From: Eledone cirrhosa | Lineage: Eukaryota | DNA: 64,000 nt | Assembly: GCA_964016885.1 (NCBI GenBank) | Contig: OZ024740.1 | Location: 254,262,001 to 254,326,000, forward strand | Reading direction: 5' to 3' | Shown here: positions 1 to 11,890 of the stretch, in pieces | How the letters are laid out: each line of letters starts with the position of its first letter | How positions within the stretch are numbered: the stretch's first letter is position 1 | The notes under the pieces: generated by a model | Database searches by the model: none | Seen by the model: only the letters and a program-made list of their open reading frames with translations | What the model was told of the DNA's origin: nothing | Position numbers and translations under genes: made by a program

Positions 1-900
1 TGTTACAGATAGTTAGGTTACTGGCATCACAGAATTCCAGGATCCTGAAGCCTTCCTCATTTCTAGTACCAAACCCATAACCTCCATGGATCCCATCATA
101 GCCATCACAACGTTGTCCAACATGACCATTAAGGTCGCCAGCAGTAATTATGTAGTCACTGTCAGTTATTTGGGAGGTAGTGAGCATTAGCGACTCATAG
201 AATCTGTCTTTTATAAAGTCTGGTAGACCAGATTGGGGTGCATAAGCGGATATTATTGTCACAGTTGTTCTATTTAGAACTAATCTTATTTTAATTATCT
301 TGTCATTCACTCTATTTACGGCAATTACTTTATCTACCAATTTTTCAGCTAACATAATTCAGGGAGGGGTGTGGGAGACGGAATTATGTTGGTCTTGGGT
401 TTCCATATCTGATATAAAGAGGAGCGTTTGCATACTCGTCCTGAAACGGGAGGTGAATTTATCTCTGTCGTTGTCATTGTGAGTGTTCATGTTCCCCAGC
501 TCTGTAATCCGTTTATCATAGCGAACAATACCTAGGTCTAAGCTTAAGAAGTATCAGCCTCGCGAGAGAGATTAGCACTAGAAGCCTTACTATAAAACCG
601 CTGAGTTTTGATAGGCCCATAACTATGGTGGTGAGTGGGGTGGGTGTGAGGGAAAAGGTGACTTCCGGAAGACATATGTGCTTAGCCAACCTGGGAGATA
701 CTGGAAAAACAAACAAAAGGCAACGAACTGTAACGGAACTTCTAACTAAAAGTGGCATAGTGGCATAGCTAACTTTTAACAGATTTACTAACGATAAACT
801 TAAATTAAAGGCGACTTCTGGAAGACATACGTATTTAGCCAACCTGGGAGATACTGAAAAAACAAACAAAAGGCATCAATAGCTTCTTTTCTAACAGGGG
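1..900 (-). mobile_element. 5' part of an RTE-clade LINE (5'UTR plus internally deleted endonuclease region), runs off the window
   Basis: Reverse complement of 1-358 encodes AP-endonuclease motifs (SAYAPQ, GDLNGHVG, HGGYGFGTRNEEG). 360-660 resembles the 5' leader of the RTE at 38400-38770. A ~152-bp-period duplication lies at ~657-875. Confidence 0.8.
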
Positions 901-1084
901 TACTCAATTCTAAATGGATTTACAGGCAGGAAAAATATTTTAAATTACTACATTACAGAATCGGCCAACAGCTAAAATCCATCGATTGTATAACTGAAGT
1001 AATTTTACAACAGCGTACAGAACAGGGAAATATATATATTTAGAGTCATTCACATTGCATCTTTCTATTTTGTTGTTACTACTG

Positions 1085-3180
1085 TCTAGCTGAGAAATCA
1101 ATAGATGAGGTGAATGAGGTAGTTAGAATAAGTGACAGAATCATCAAGTTTAGACTTACTCTAATAGACTGGTGATAATCACATCTACCTATGCTCCGCA
1201 GGCAGGACTGGGTAAAGAACAAAAGGACAGGTTCTATGAGGAAAGTTTACAGACAACGCCTGGCAGGCGACTTTAATGGATATGTGGGACAGTACCAGGA
1301 TGGATTCAACAGAGTTTCATGGCAGCTATGGTTATGGCTAAAGGAATGAAGAGGGCCTGACACTTCTGGAATTCGGTGATACAAATGAACTAACCATCTG
1401 CAACACAATTTCAGGAAACCAGCCATGGCGAAGGATTCACTACCCAACACAAGTTAGTTAATAGTGACATCAAAATAAAAGACAGAACAAGACACATAGG
1501 AAAATATGGAGATGGAGAGTGAGGAAGCTTATGAACCTCTCGGTTGAATATAGGTTTAGAAAGGCCCTATATAGGTTTAGAAAGGACCAGCTATTGAAAT
1601 TGATAGTTTTAGGGTCTAGGACGCAATCAAAATGAATGGTCAAGCTGCGAGACCAGAAATAGTTGCTGAGATGCTAAAAGCATCAGGAAAGGTAGGAGTC
1701 AAACTAGTAACCTGTATAGTAAATCAAGTAATACACGACAGAGTTCTACCCAATGACTGGCGCAGCAGTATAATCATAAATTGCTACAAGGGTAAAGGTG
1801 ATGCTCAGAGGAATAAAAGTTACAAAAGTGACAGAGTTATAGCGCAGCTAATTAGGGAAAGAGTCAAAATAGATGAGATACCCTTTTCCTACAAGAGAAG
1901 TTCCTAGCCAAAAATAAACCACTATATTAGCTTTTGTTGATCTAGAGAAGGCCTTTGACAGAGTACCTCGATCACTTATCTGGTCTTTAAGGAAATTAGG
2001 TGTAGAAGAATGGCTTGTGAGAGCAATGCAAGTTATGTACAGAGGAGCTGTCAGTAAAATTAAAGTAGGAAATGAGTTTAAAGAAGGAATTCAAGGTACA
2101 GGTGGGAGTTCATCAAGGCTCAGTTCTCAGCCTACTGCTGTTCACCATAGTCCTTCAGGTCATAACAGAGGAGTTTAAAATGTGCTGCCCATGGAAAATT
2201 CTCTATGCAGATGATCTGGTCCTTATAGCTAAAACCAAAAAAGAGCTTAAAATAAATTCTAATTATGGAAACTGAATTTGGAATCAAAAGGTCTGGGAGC
2301 AAACTTAGCCAAAACTTAAGTGCTAGTGAGTAGGGGAGAAGACAGGACCTAGATTCCCAAGGGAAGTGGCCATGCTCAATATGTAAAAGAGGAGTAGGCA
2401 TAAACTCCATACAATGTACACAATGGGTAGGCAAAAGACGTAGTCGGATAACAAGTAGACTAACAGGAAAGGAAAACTTTGCTTGTAGAAGATACACAGG
2501 AGAAATTGAGAGGAAGAGTGCTAATACAAACCTTTTCTGGTCACTGGAAGGACACACAGATGTGGTTGATAGCTTCTGCTATCTAGGTGACCTAAATAGC
2601 AGTGGAAGAGGGTGCACCAAGAATATAAAAGCTAGAATAAGGATTGGATGAAAGAAGTTTAGAGAACTGCTCCCACTGCTGACAACAAAAGGTTTCTCCC
2701 TACGCTCAAAAGGAAGGCGATATGATGTCTGTGTACGATGCGTGACGCTGCAAGGTAGTAAAACATGGGCTGTGACTGTAGAGGTCATGCGTAGACTGGA
2801 GAGAAATAAAGCAACTATATTTTGTTGGATGTGCAATGTAAATGTGAGAGAAAGGCAGAGCTTGGACAACCTGAAAGAGAAACTAGATTTGAGGGGAATC
2901 CAAGATGGTATGCAGGAGAGAAGACTGTGTTTGTATGAACATGTGATGCATATGGACAATGACAGATGGGTGAAGAAATGCTAGAGAATCCCAGTGGAAA
3001 GAAGCCACAATAGAGGATAACCAATAAAGACCTGGACAGAAGTTGTGAAAGTGGACCTCAAATCGCTAAGACTGGCAAATGATGACAAAGGAATGCAACG
3101 ATTGGAGTGATGCTGTGCTGAGAGGGACCTGTCCAAACCATCCAGGCATGGAAAAACGGACGTAAAAACAATGATGATAT
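1085..3180 (+). mobile_element. Old degenerate RTE LINE (EN/RT fragments and 3' tail)
   Basis: Broken ORFs with IVAEMLKASG, VHQGSVLS, LYADDL, QERRL; ends ...catggaaaaacggacgtaaaaacaatgatgat. Confidence 0.9.
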
Positions 3181-3538
3181 ATAAATAAAAGAAAGTGAAG
3201 AAGAATGACATACACAACCCTCCCAGGCTCTTGTGTAACATGTACCAATATACCAACAGCTATTCAGGGACTGTGAAACCATATCCAACATAGGTATCCT
3301 CATAATATTAACTGGATGTAAAAGCAAGAAATGCTTGGAAATGAGCTAGCACCTACATTTATATATATAAACATTGGAACATCAAGTGAGTTGAAATGCT
3401 TAGAAAATGTTGAAAATCTCAAATACAGGAAATAACTGTGAAAACAGCTCAGAAAATTAGTTATTTCTTGCATTCAAGATTTTCTGTTATATATATATAT
3501 ATATAATATTAATAAATGGAAACTATGTTTATAAAACC

Positions 3539-3614
3539 ATATTTATTTCATTATACATATTTCAGGGATACCAAATTAAATTATGGTATGCCTTCATCAG
3601 ACAAAATACAATAT
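3539..3614 (-). ncRNA. Type I hammerhead-like motif, family 1 (mirror copy in left palindrome arm)
   Basis: Reverse complement of 3751-3826. Confidence 0.75.
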
Positions 3615-3750
3615 ATAACAGTTTTACAAATAAGCTTTGACGTACCCTTTTAAAATGCAACCATTATTTTTGGAAGCCATCTGGATGGCTTTCAAAAATA
3701 ATGGTTGCATTTTAAAAGGGTACGTCAAAGCTTATTTGTAAAACTGTTAT

Positions 3751-3826
3751 ATATTGTATTTTGTCTGATGAAGGCATACCATAATTTAATTTGGTATCCC
3801 TGAAATATGTATAATGAAATAAATAT
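3751..3826 (+). ncRNA. Type I hammerhead ribozyme-like motif, family 1
   Basis: Stem I atatt(g)tattttgt/atgaaataaatat; CUGAUGA 3765-3771; stem II AGG-c-AUACCA...UGGUAU-c-CCU; GAAA 3802-3805; minimal stem III U-AUGU-A; AUA cleavage triplet. Confidence 0.75.
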
Positions 3827-3968
3827 GGTTTTATAAATATAGTTTCCATTTATTAATATCGTATATCTACTCCAAATACTTGTCGAGTGCTTTATATCAG
3901 GTATAAAAATATTTACTTGTTGTATCCCAACAATTTTAAATAGAACTTTTGCATATATATATATATAT

Positions 3969-4218
3969 ATATTAAAATACAAATATTAATAAAATAGATG
4001 TTCTTTTGATCAATTAAATTTTATTATACATATTTCAGAGGTACAAAATATGATACATGACATACCCTGAGATGTTATATGGTTAAGATTTAAATCTTAA
4101 CCATTTAACATCTCAGGCTATGTCATGTATCATATTTTGTCTGATGAGGACGTACTGGTATAATAAAATTTAATTGATCAAAAGAACATCTATTTTATTA
4201 CTATTTGTATTTTAATAT
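3969..4218. repeat. Second palindrome (centre 4091/4092) holding two partial hammerhead remnants
   Basis: Centre ggttaagattt|aaatcttaacc. Arms pair except for one asymmetric internal segment. Confidence 0.9.
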
Positions 4219-4308
4219 TAATAACTCGGGAAAATTATTTTCAGTAGAGTGCTTCCAATCTACTGTAAAACTCATTCTTTGATGTACTCATTGAATCTTG
4301 TTTAACTC

Positions 4309-4391
<83 letters not shown>

Positions 4392-4715
4392 GCTTTGTGC
4401 TGTCAGAGTTTTGCTAAATATTTAAATTTTGAAGATTTATTTCAAACATTATTAACCGTTTTGTTACCATATTTCTAATGAATAAGATTCTAAAATAACT
4501 GAAAATAATCAAGATTTGGAGAGATTTAGTAATAAAACTAAATTTATTAAGTTTGTGTTTGGAACAAGGGTTTTTACATAGAATTATGATGGAAGATTTT
4601 TAGATAAATATAAATAGGTTTCTTTCATACAACCAGGAGCAGTTAGGGGTGGTTTGTTATTAATAGGGTTAAATGATAGAAAAAAAGAAACATGAAAGAA
4701 ATGAAAATTTTTTAC

Positions 4716-4804
4716 CCCATCCATTGTTTCAGCGCCAAGGCTGTACATCTTCTCACTCCACTCTCCTTCATGTAGAGTTACCTCATCAATTTGAAACTGG
4801 TCAA
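4716..4804 (-). CDS. C1QBP: Host gene internal exon, C1QBP/p32: VDQFQIDEVTLHEGEWSEKMYSLGAETMDG
   Basis: tttgttttag|TT GAC CAG...GAT GGG|gtaaaa; 89 bp, phase 1 to phase 0. Resembles p32 DIFSIREVSF...EWKDTNYTLNTDSLD. Confidence 0.85.
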
Positions 4805-4839
4805 CTAAAACAAACAAATGTTATATATAATTACTTTAA

Positions 4840-6222
4840 CCCTTTAGCATTTAAACCGACAAAAACCGACACGGAGATCTCCTTCTAAAAATAAACATTG
4901 ACATCATCGAAATCTCGTCAATTCGAGATTACTGCAAGATAAAGCCCTTACGCGCAAAAATTAACTCTTAGAATAGTTAAAGAACTTGCGATAACACGTG
5001 TTTTTAACGTTGAAAGTGTAACATGGCTTCCGAAAGAAGCGACAACGAATTTGAAGGTTTTACGTCCGACGACATTCGAGATCAAAAAGAAACAGAAGAT
5101 AATATCAGTGATTTATCTTCAAACGAATCAGATATATTTATTTCTAATATATCTGATAGTTACTTTGAAAGTGAAAGAGAAGATTTGACTGACACCATTG
5201 AAAAAACACCAACGTGGTTGAAAGAAACAACATCGATACATGTTTCGGATTTTACTGAAAATATTGGACCACAACACACATTACCACCCGATGCTAAAGC
5301 ACTGGATTATTATTTTTTATTTTGACCACAAACTTTCTTTGAAGTTGTGGCAAATCACTAAGCACAACAACAAATTTCTAATATCGGAAAACCCGATCTG
5401 TTATGGCGTCCGACAGATTCTGCCGAAATGAAAGCGTTTTTTACCATAAATATTATGTTTGGTATTAAACAATTTCCACGACTGTGGAATTATTGGAGTA
5501 CTGATATAAGGTTTGGTGACCCTTATATATCTAGTATTATGGCAAAAACGAGATTCATCAAATTAAACCATTATTTGCATCTGGTTGATACTTCAAATGC
5601 CCCTGGTAGAAATGAATCAAATTACGACCCACTGTACAAAGTACGACCATTAATTGAAATATTGTCAGAAAAATTTAAAAGTGTGTATAAACTTATATAT
5701 TGGAAACATTCTGTTACATAAATTTACACCGTACATTGCCAATATTATTTTGACTGGTGAAAAGGTTTTATACATTTTTTTTCAATGAAAATATTTGCCT
5801 GGAATGTAGAGAAAGACTAAAACCTTGTACTGATTACACCTGCATTTTTAATTAATTCACCTGTTCGGAAAACTGCTAGAATTGATGGAAATCAGCATCT
5901 AGGTCATTATTGGATTTTTTTGCAACAAATCTAACAGATAAGGCAGATAAAGTTTAAATTTTTGTGTTTATCCATAAAGTTATTACTTTTACACCTGTTA
6001 ATTAATTTCACCTGCCCATAAAAGTAAAATTTAACAAAAAAAATCAGGTAAAAATATATAATTGTAAATTATAGTTATTTAAACATCTACTGACAAAATT
6101 TCAAGTCTGCACATAGAAAATTAAAGTAATTACAAACAAATAAAATTGATAACCCTCTTGAGTATAATTAAGTGAAAATAGATGAACATGACATTTGACA
6201 ATTCAATGTGAATGCTAAAGGG
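4840..6222 (+). mobile_element. Non-autonomous piggyBac deletion derivative
   Basis: TTAA at 4836-4839 and 6223-6226; TIR CCCTTTAGCATT; truncated, frameshifted transposase N-terminus at 5023-5721. Confidence 0.95.
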
Positions 6223-6280
6223 TTAATCTATCAATACTGTGAACCTATTAGCTCAGTATTCTGTTATTGACATTCTACCA

Positions 6281-6396
6281 ATAATTGTTTCTACTTTAGG
6301 CACAAGGCCAGCAATTACCCAGTGCATTACTGGTACTTTATTTTATCGACCCCGTAAGGATGAAAGGCAAAGTCAACCTCGGCGGGATTTGAACTC
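6281..6396 (-). mobile_element. 5'-truncated tRNA-derived SINE
   Basis: Minus strand starts with B-box-like GAGTTCAAATCC, then gcctttcatcc...ggggtcgataaaataaagtaccag. Flanked by direct repeat cattctaccaataattg (TSD). Confidence 0.75.
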
Positions 6397-6709
6397 ATTC
6401 TACCAATAATTGGAACCTATTAGTTCAGTATTAATATTCAATTTATCAATACTTGTGAATTTATCATTCTGATAATGACACTCTTTGATCATGAAATCAA
6501 TACCCAAAAAATCATTGATTTTATTCTAACTCAGTTTTCACATGTAATTTTCACAATATTAAGCTGGATTTTAGAACGTAACAAAATGTTAAAATTTATG
6601 ATTAAATGCTTTATTGCTTTATATCTCAAAATAAATTTTATAAAATCTTCTGTGAGATAGTGATTAATAAAATCTTTTTTTTTTAATATAGGGTTTTAAA
6701 TCTTAACAT

Positions 6710-7110
6710 CCTCTACCACATGAAGTTGCATGAGCAGGAGTATAAAGCACTATGACAGCATCATGTTAAAATGGATGTGTGATGTATGAATGGCAAAGCA
6801 TGGATGGGCTGAGAGAAAAACTGGAGGAATCAAATGCTGTGTGCAAGAGTGAAGACCGCACTGGTATAGACATATGATGTATATGGATGATGATTATTGG
6901 GTGAAGAAATGCCAGCAGTTCTGTGGAGGGCAGCTGGTGTAGAGGAAGGGCAAGAAAGACGGTGGAAGTGGTGAGAGCGAATCTTAAAATGCTGAATGTG
7001 ACCGAAGAGATGCTGAAGAAACACAGTAGGTAGAGTGAAGATATGCTGGAAAAGACGTGTCCAACCCATGCATGGACAATTTGTCGTAAAAAGATGATAA
7101 GAATGCTGAT
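6710..7110 (+). mobile_element. Degenerate RTE 3' fragment
   Basis: Similar to the RTE C-terminal coding region and tail (gtccaacccatgc...gatgat). Confidence 0.75.
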
Positions 7111-7178
7111 ATTGTAAGATTTTGCTTACACTTAACAGTGGACAGGACGACTTGAAATATTTTTATTCACATATAAAA

Positions 7179-7276
7179 ATAATTGTTTCTACTTATGGCA
7201 TAAGGCCAGCAATTTCCCAGTGCATTACTGGTACTTTATTTTATCGACCCCCGTAAGGATGAAAGGCAAAGTTAAC
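7179..7276 (-). mobile_element. SINE fragment, same family as 6281-6396
   Basis: Direct sequence similarity; flanking repeat catataaaaata. Confidence 0.7.
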
Positions 7277-7416
7277 CATATAAAAATAGATAATGAAATT
7301 TAAAATATCTGTTGTAATTTCTTCATAACTTGTGTTTGCTTCCATTTACGTGTGTAGGAAACACAATAAAAGGAAGTTCTTCAACTTGGAATTAAGTTTG
7401 AATAAAAATGTTTTAA

Positions 7417-9982
7417 CCCTTTAGCATTCACATTGAATTGTCAAATGTCATGTTCATCTATTCGCATTATTTTCACTTAATTATACTCAAGAGGGTTATC
7501 AATTTTATTTGTTTCTAATTACTTTAATTTTCTATGTGCAGACTTGAAATTTTGTCAGTAGATGTTTAAAGAACTATAATTTACAATTATATATTTTTAC
7601 CTGATTTTTTTTTGTTAAATTTTACTTTTATGGGCAGGTAAAATTAATTAACAGGTGTAAAAGTAATAACTTTATGGATAAACATAAAAATTTAAACTTT
7701 ATCTGCCTTACCTGTTAGATTTGTTGCAAAAAAAATCCAATAATGATCTAGATGCTGATTTCCATCAATTCTAGCAGTTTTCCGAACAGGTGAATTAATT
7801 AAAAATGCAGGTGTAATCAGTACAATGTTTTAGTCTTTCTCTACATTCCAGGCAAATATTTTCATTGAAAAAAATGTATAAAACCTTTTCACCAGTCAAA
7901 ATAATATTGGCAATGTACTCTTACACAATGTACGGTGTAAAATTACGTAACAGAATGTTCCCAATATATAAGTTCATTAACAGGTGTGATGCAGGTGTGT
8001 CACAGGTGAATGCAGGTGTTTTTGTATATGTGTGCTAATATATTTTTAAAATATTGTTTTCAATATTGTCAGACAATATTTCTATCGTGATACTGCCCAA
8101 AGCACCCTTTACATAAGGGCACTTTGCAAAAGGAACACATAAATAGGGTTTGGATTGCGTAACCTTTAACAGTTTTTCTCTTTTGCAAAGAGCACAATCG
8201 GCAAACCTTCCTCCTACCATCAATTCTCTCCACTTTATGAAAATCAATATTTTCTTTGTGGACCACTGCTAATTTTGATTTTTTTCCCAGCTTTGTGTTT
8301 GCGAGAAGTATATCCCCCACGTAGCTGGGATGCAATGTCCACGCTAAATTTCATGTGGCAGTAGTCCTTTGGTGGTGGCGGATCCTTGTGGCTTTTAGTA
8401 AATACAATATAAGAATTCACAATGGTTAAATTCACTAAAAACCACAAGATGTATCTCCACCATTTCTTTCCAGGGCATCCAACTGGGTAATACGCGCAAT
8501 ATTGGTCGGATTTGTCAACCCCACCCATATATTTATTGTAGGAGAGGTTAACTAAAGGTCTACCCTCAGCCCCAACACCTGGTTGTTGGTTAGAACTCAG
8601 GAACAAAATTTGCCGTTTGTCTTTGAACACTGTGGCTAACATGTTCTCTTTTTGCATTTGGAGAATGTCTCCTCTGTTTTTTACTTTCGCAACTTTTATT
8701 TCTTGGGGTAGCCCTTTCCGATTGCTCATTATTGTGCCGCAGGTGTACGTATTTACAAGGGCAAGATCCTCTGCTAAAAGCACCGAAGAAAAAAAACGGT
8801 CATAATAAATGTGTCTGTGTTGAAAGTGGAAGGGTTGAGTCAGCGACCACACAACATCGTAACCCAACCCGTGCTTTCTCTCTCCGTTAAGTTTTATTCC
8901 TGTGTAAACATCAAAGTTTACACAGTATCCCGTGTCCGATTCACACAGTTCCCACACTTTGATGCCCCATTTGGTGGGTTTAGCTGGCATATACTGTCTG
9001 AAATGAACCCTACCCTTATACCCAATCATAGCTTCATCAACACTAAGATTTTTTCCAGGTAAATACATACTTTTAAATTTTTCCGTAAACATTTCAATTA
9101 ATGGTCGTACTTTGTACAGTGGGTCGTAATTCGATTCATTTCTACCAGGGGCATTTGTAGTATCAACCAGATGCAAATACTGGTTTAATTTTATAAATCT
9201 CGTTTTGGCCATAATACTAGATATATAAGGGTCACCAAACCTTATATCAGTACTCCAATAATTCCACAGTCGTGGAAATTGTTTAATACCAAACATAATG
9301 TTTATGGTAAAAAACGCTTTCATTTCGGCAGAATCTGTCGGACGCCATAAAAGATCGGGTTTTGCTCGATTAGAAATCTGTTGTTGTGCATAGCGATTTG
9401 TCTCTTCTGCCACAACTTCGAAGAAAGTTTGTGGTAGAAATAAAAAAAAATAATCCAGAGCTTTAGCATCGGGTGGTAATGTGTGTTGTGGTCCAGAATT
9501 TTCATTAAAATCCGAAACATGTATCGGTGTTGTTTCTTTCAACCACGTTGGTGTTTTTTCAATGTCAGATATCTCTTCGCTTTCACTTTCAAAGTGACTA
9601 TCATCATCATCAGATATATCAGAAATAAATATATCTGATTCATTTGAAGATAAATCACTGATATTATCTTCTGTTTCTTTTTTATCTTGAATGTCGTAGG
9701 ATGTAAAACCTTCAAAATCGTTGTCGCTGCTTTCGGAAGCCATGTTACAATTTCAAAGTTAAAAACACGTGTTATCACAAGGTCTTTAACTATACTAAGA
9801 GTTAATTTTCGCGCGTAAGGGCTTTATCTCGCTGTAATCTCGAATTGACAAGATTTTGATGATGTCAATGTTTATTTTTAGAAGGAGATCTACGAGTGGT
9901 CTGAAATGTCGGTTTTTGTCGGTTTGAATAAATGAAAGGGGACATAATTTTGTCGGTTTTTGTCGCTTTGAACGCTAAAGGG
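7417..9982 (-). mobile_element. Full-length piggyBac DNA transposon
   Basis: TTAA at 7413-7416 and 9983-9986; TIRs CCCTTTAGC(A/G)TTCA; subterminal AACCGACAAAAACCGACA repeats at the 5' end. Confidence 0.97.
8069..9743 (-). CDS. piggyBac (PGBD4-like) transposase with one frameshift in an A7 run near 8279-8285
   Basis: Acidic N-terminus; catalytic motifs SVDE, YDRFF, GGVD; YMPAKPTKWGIK. The C-terminal Cys-rich domain (CRLC...CSFCKVPLCKGCFGQYH) is in the +1 frame (8069-8335 ORF). Confidence 0.92.
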
Positions 9983-10045
9983 TTAACAAAACAAAATGAG
10001 GCTGCTACAATATATATAAAGTGAGATAGGTAGATTTCCACTTAC

Positions 10046-10166
10046 CCATAGAATCGTCCTTTGCTGAAAGATCATCATCAATGTCTGAGGGAAACGAACA
10101 TTGAAGAGCAAATATTTCAGTACCTCCTTGGTTGATCTCCACAGTGAAAGGGGGATGAGAAACCAT
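10046..10166 (-). CDS. C1QBP: Host gene internal exon, C1QBP/p32: MVSHPPFTVEINQGGTEIFALQCSFPSDIDDDLSAKDDSM
   Basis: cattttgtag|ATG GTT...ATG G|gtaagt; 121 bp, phase 0 to phase 1, in frame with both neighbours. Resembles p32 LTSTPNFVVEVIK...LVLDCHYP. Confidence 0.85.
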
Positions 10167-10309
10167 CTACAAAATGATATAGAGTCACATGAGTAAATAC
10201 ATGAGTGAGACATGGGTGGTGATTGGAGCGAAACAATTCGAACATACTCTGCTGGACGTATATTAGTGTGCATGAACATCAAAGAATGGATAAACAAAAA
10301 AATTGAACA

Positions 10310-10580
10310 TAAGAGGAATCAAATGTGCACATGAAAGAAGACTGCACTGGTATGGACATATAGTAGTGTGTATTGATGATGATCATGAGGGCTGGATGAA
10401 AAAATGTGATGAGTTCCAAGTGGAGGAAAACCACAGAAGAGAAAACCAAGAAAGATGTGGGCAGAAGTGGTGAAAGTCGATCTCGGAAGAGTGAGCCTCA
10501 CAGAGAAACAAGTGAACAGATGCTATATTGGAGAGGACTTGTGTAATCCATGTAAGCATGGAAAAGTTGATGTAAAAAAA
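10310..10580 (+). mobile_element. Degenerate RTE 3' fragment
   Basis: gaggaatcaaatg...tggtatggacat...ccatgtaagcatggaaaa matches the RTE 3' end. Confidence 0.7.
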
Positions 10581-10665
10581 ATATTTACATACATTTACAC
10601 TCACACACACATATGTATATTAGAGTGTAGTAGTTTGCTTGAAGCATTGAGGAATAAGAAGATCA

Positions 10666-11765
10666 AATATAACTAGGAAATAAGTTTAATTATTTGGAAG
10701 CCCGACAATATGTGTGAGATTATAAGTGCCAAAGAATTAAAGAAAATAGGACAAAAGAACAGTACAATTTTACCATAACAATTTTGATTAATCTGTGAGG
10801 AGGGTGGGCTCAGAGAGCAATCTGAGAAAAGTTGTTGATGGTTGGTCGATTTAATTTGAATGAACGAGAAAATGTTAAAGTTTAATGTTTGCGCATGTGT
10901 GGGATGTGTGTTGGTCGTTGGTCGATTTAATGGGGTATATGTAGTCAGGAATAGTTTTAGTGTAAGGGAGTAGTGTGTGTGAGTGAGTGTAGTTAGTCTG
11001 CAACACATCAAATGCAGAAACAGTAAAATAACCACCACAGTCTTGGCTACCGAATGCAGTATAGGCATGCTGAGAATCAATGAGACCCTCTTGATCAAGC
11101 AACTAAAACCTGCCATCAATAATTGAATGGAAAGAAGTACGCCGGATTGGCTAATTTAATTTGTCCAAGCTAATTACGCCATCGTTCCAACATTCCAGCT
11201 GCCTGCTTTAACGAATGTTTGATCCTTGACCTAGGTCGAAACAACTAATGCTAACAGCATAATAGCTGTGAATGTTTATCCAGTTTGACACTAGTAACAA
11301 GCACATTCATTACTAGCTTCAAGCAGTCATCTAGCAGACAAATAAACAAAGAAATGTTACAGATCAACTACACACACACAGCCCTTTTACTCCCTCACCC
11401 TGAAATCTGTTCATCACTACACATACACTATACACCTACACACCTTTACCCTAAAATCTATTCCTCACTACACATACACACTTACACCCCCACACACGTA
11501 CATATATCATACACATATTCACACACGTTTTTTTCATTTATTCAAATTAAATCGACCAACCATCAACAACTTTTCTCAGATTGCTCTCTGAGATAATGGA
11601 TGGAAAATCCGAAAGTATTCGAGATCATTAAAATTGCCATGGTAAAATTCTACCAGTCTCACTTTTTTTCTCCTATTTTCTCTAATTCTTATTACCTTGG
11701 CACTTACAATCTCAGATGCATTGTTGGGCTTCCAAATAATCAAACTTATTTCCTAGTTACATTTC
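10666..11765. mobile_element. Penelope-like remnant: GIY-YIG C-terminal fragment between diverged inverted repeats (~10666-10875 versus ~11527-11765)
   Basis: Plus strand ~11031-11126 encodes TTTVLATECSIGMLRINETLLIKQLKPAINN*, typical of PLE endonuclease C-termini. Inverted arms share ttcaaattaaatcgaccaaccatcaacaacttttctcagattgctctctgag. Confidence 0.6.
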
Positions 11766-11784
11766 TATTTCATATATGTATATA

Positions 11785-11890
11785 TAATTGTTTCTACTTT
11801 AGGCACAAGGCCAGCAAATACCCAGTGCATTACTGGTACTTTATTTTATCGACCCCATAAGGATGAAAGGCAAAGTCAACCTCGGCGGGA
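11785..11890 (-). mobile_element. SINE fragment, same family as 6281-6396
   Basis: Near-identical to 6281-6388. Confidence 0.7.

Larger units (their letters stand above)
3506..3859. repeat. Near-perfect palindrome, ~177-bp arms with a 2-nt loop (3682-3683); Penelope-like terminal-repeat family 1
   Basis: Arms are reverse complements with few mismatches. The right arm continues to ~3953, then (TA)n. Homologues at 13808-14148 and 43823-44090. Confidence 0.95.

Noticed and set aside
3190-3360. Possible last C1QBP exon
   Set aside because: No frame resembles the p32 C-terminal helices and the frames contain stops.
4452-4672. TTAA-flanked MITE-like piece
   Set aside because: Terminal inverted repeats too degenerate and only one copy here.
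8270-8295. Programmed frameshift in the piggyBac transposase
   Set aside because: A +1 shift is needed in a homopolymer; an indel or sequencing error is likelier, as similar homopolymer indels occur in the RTE copy at 29323.
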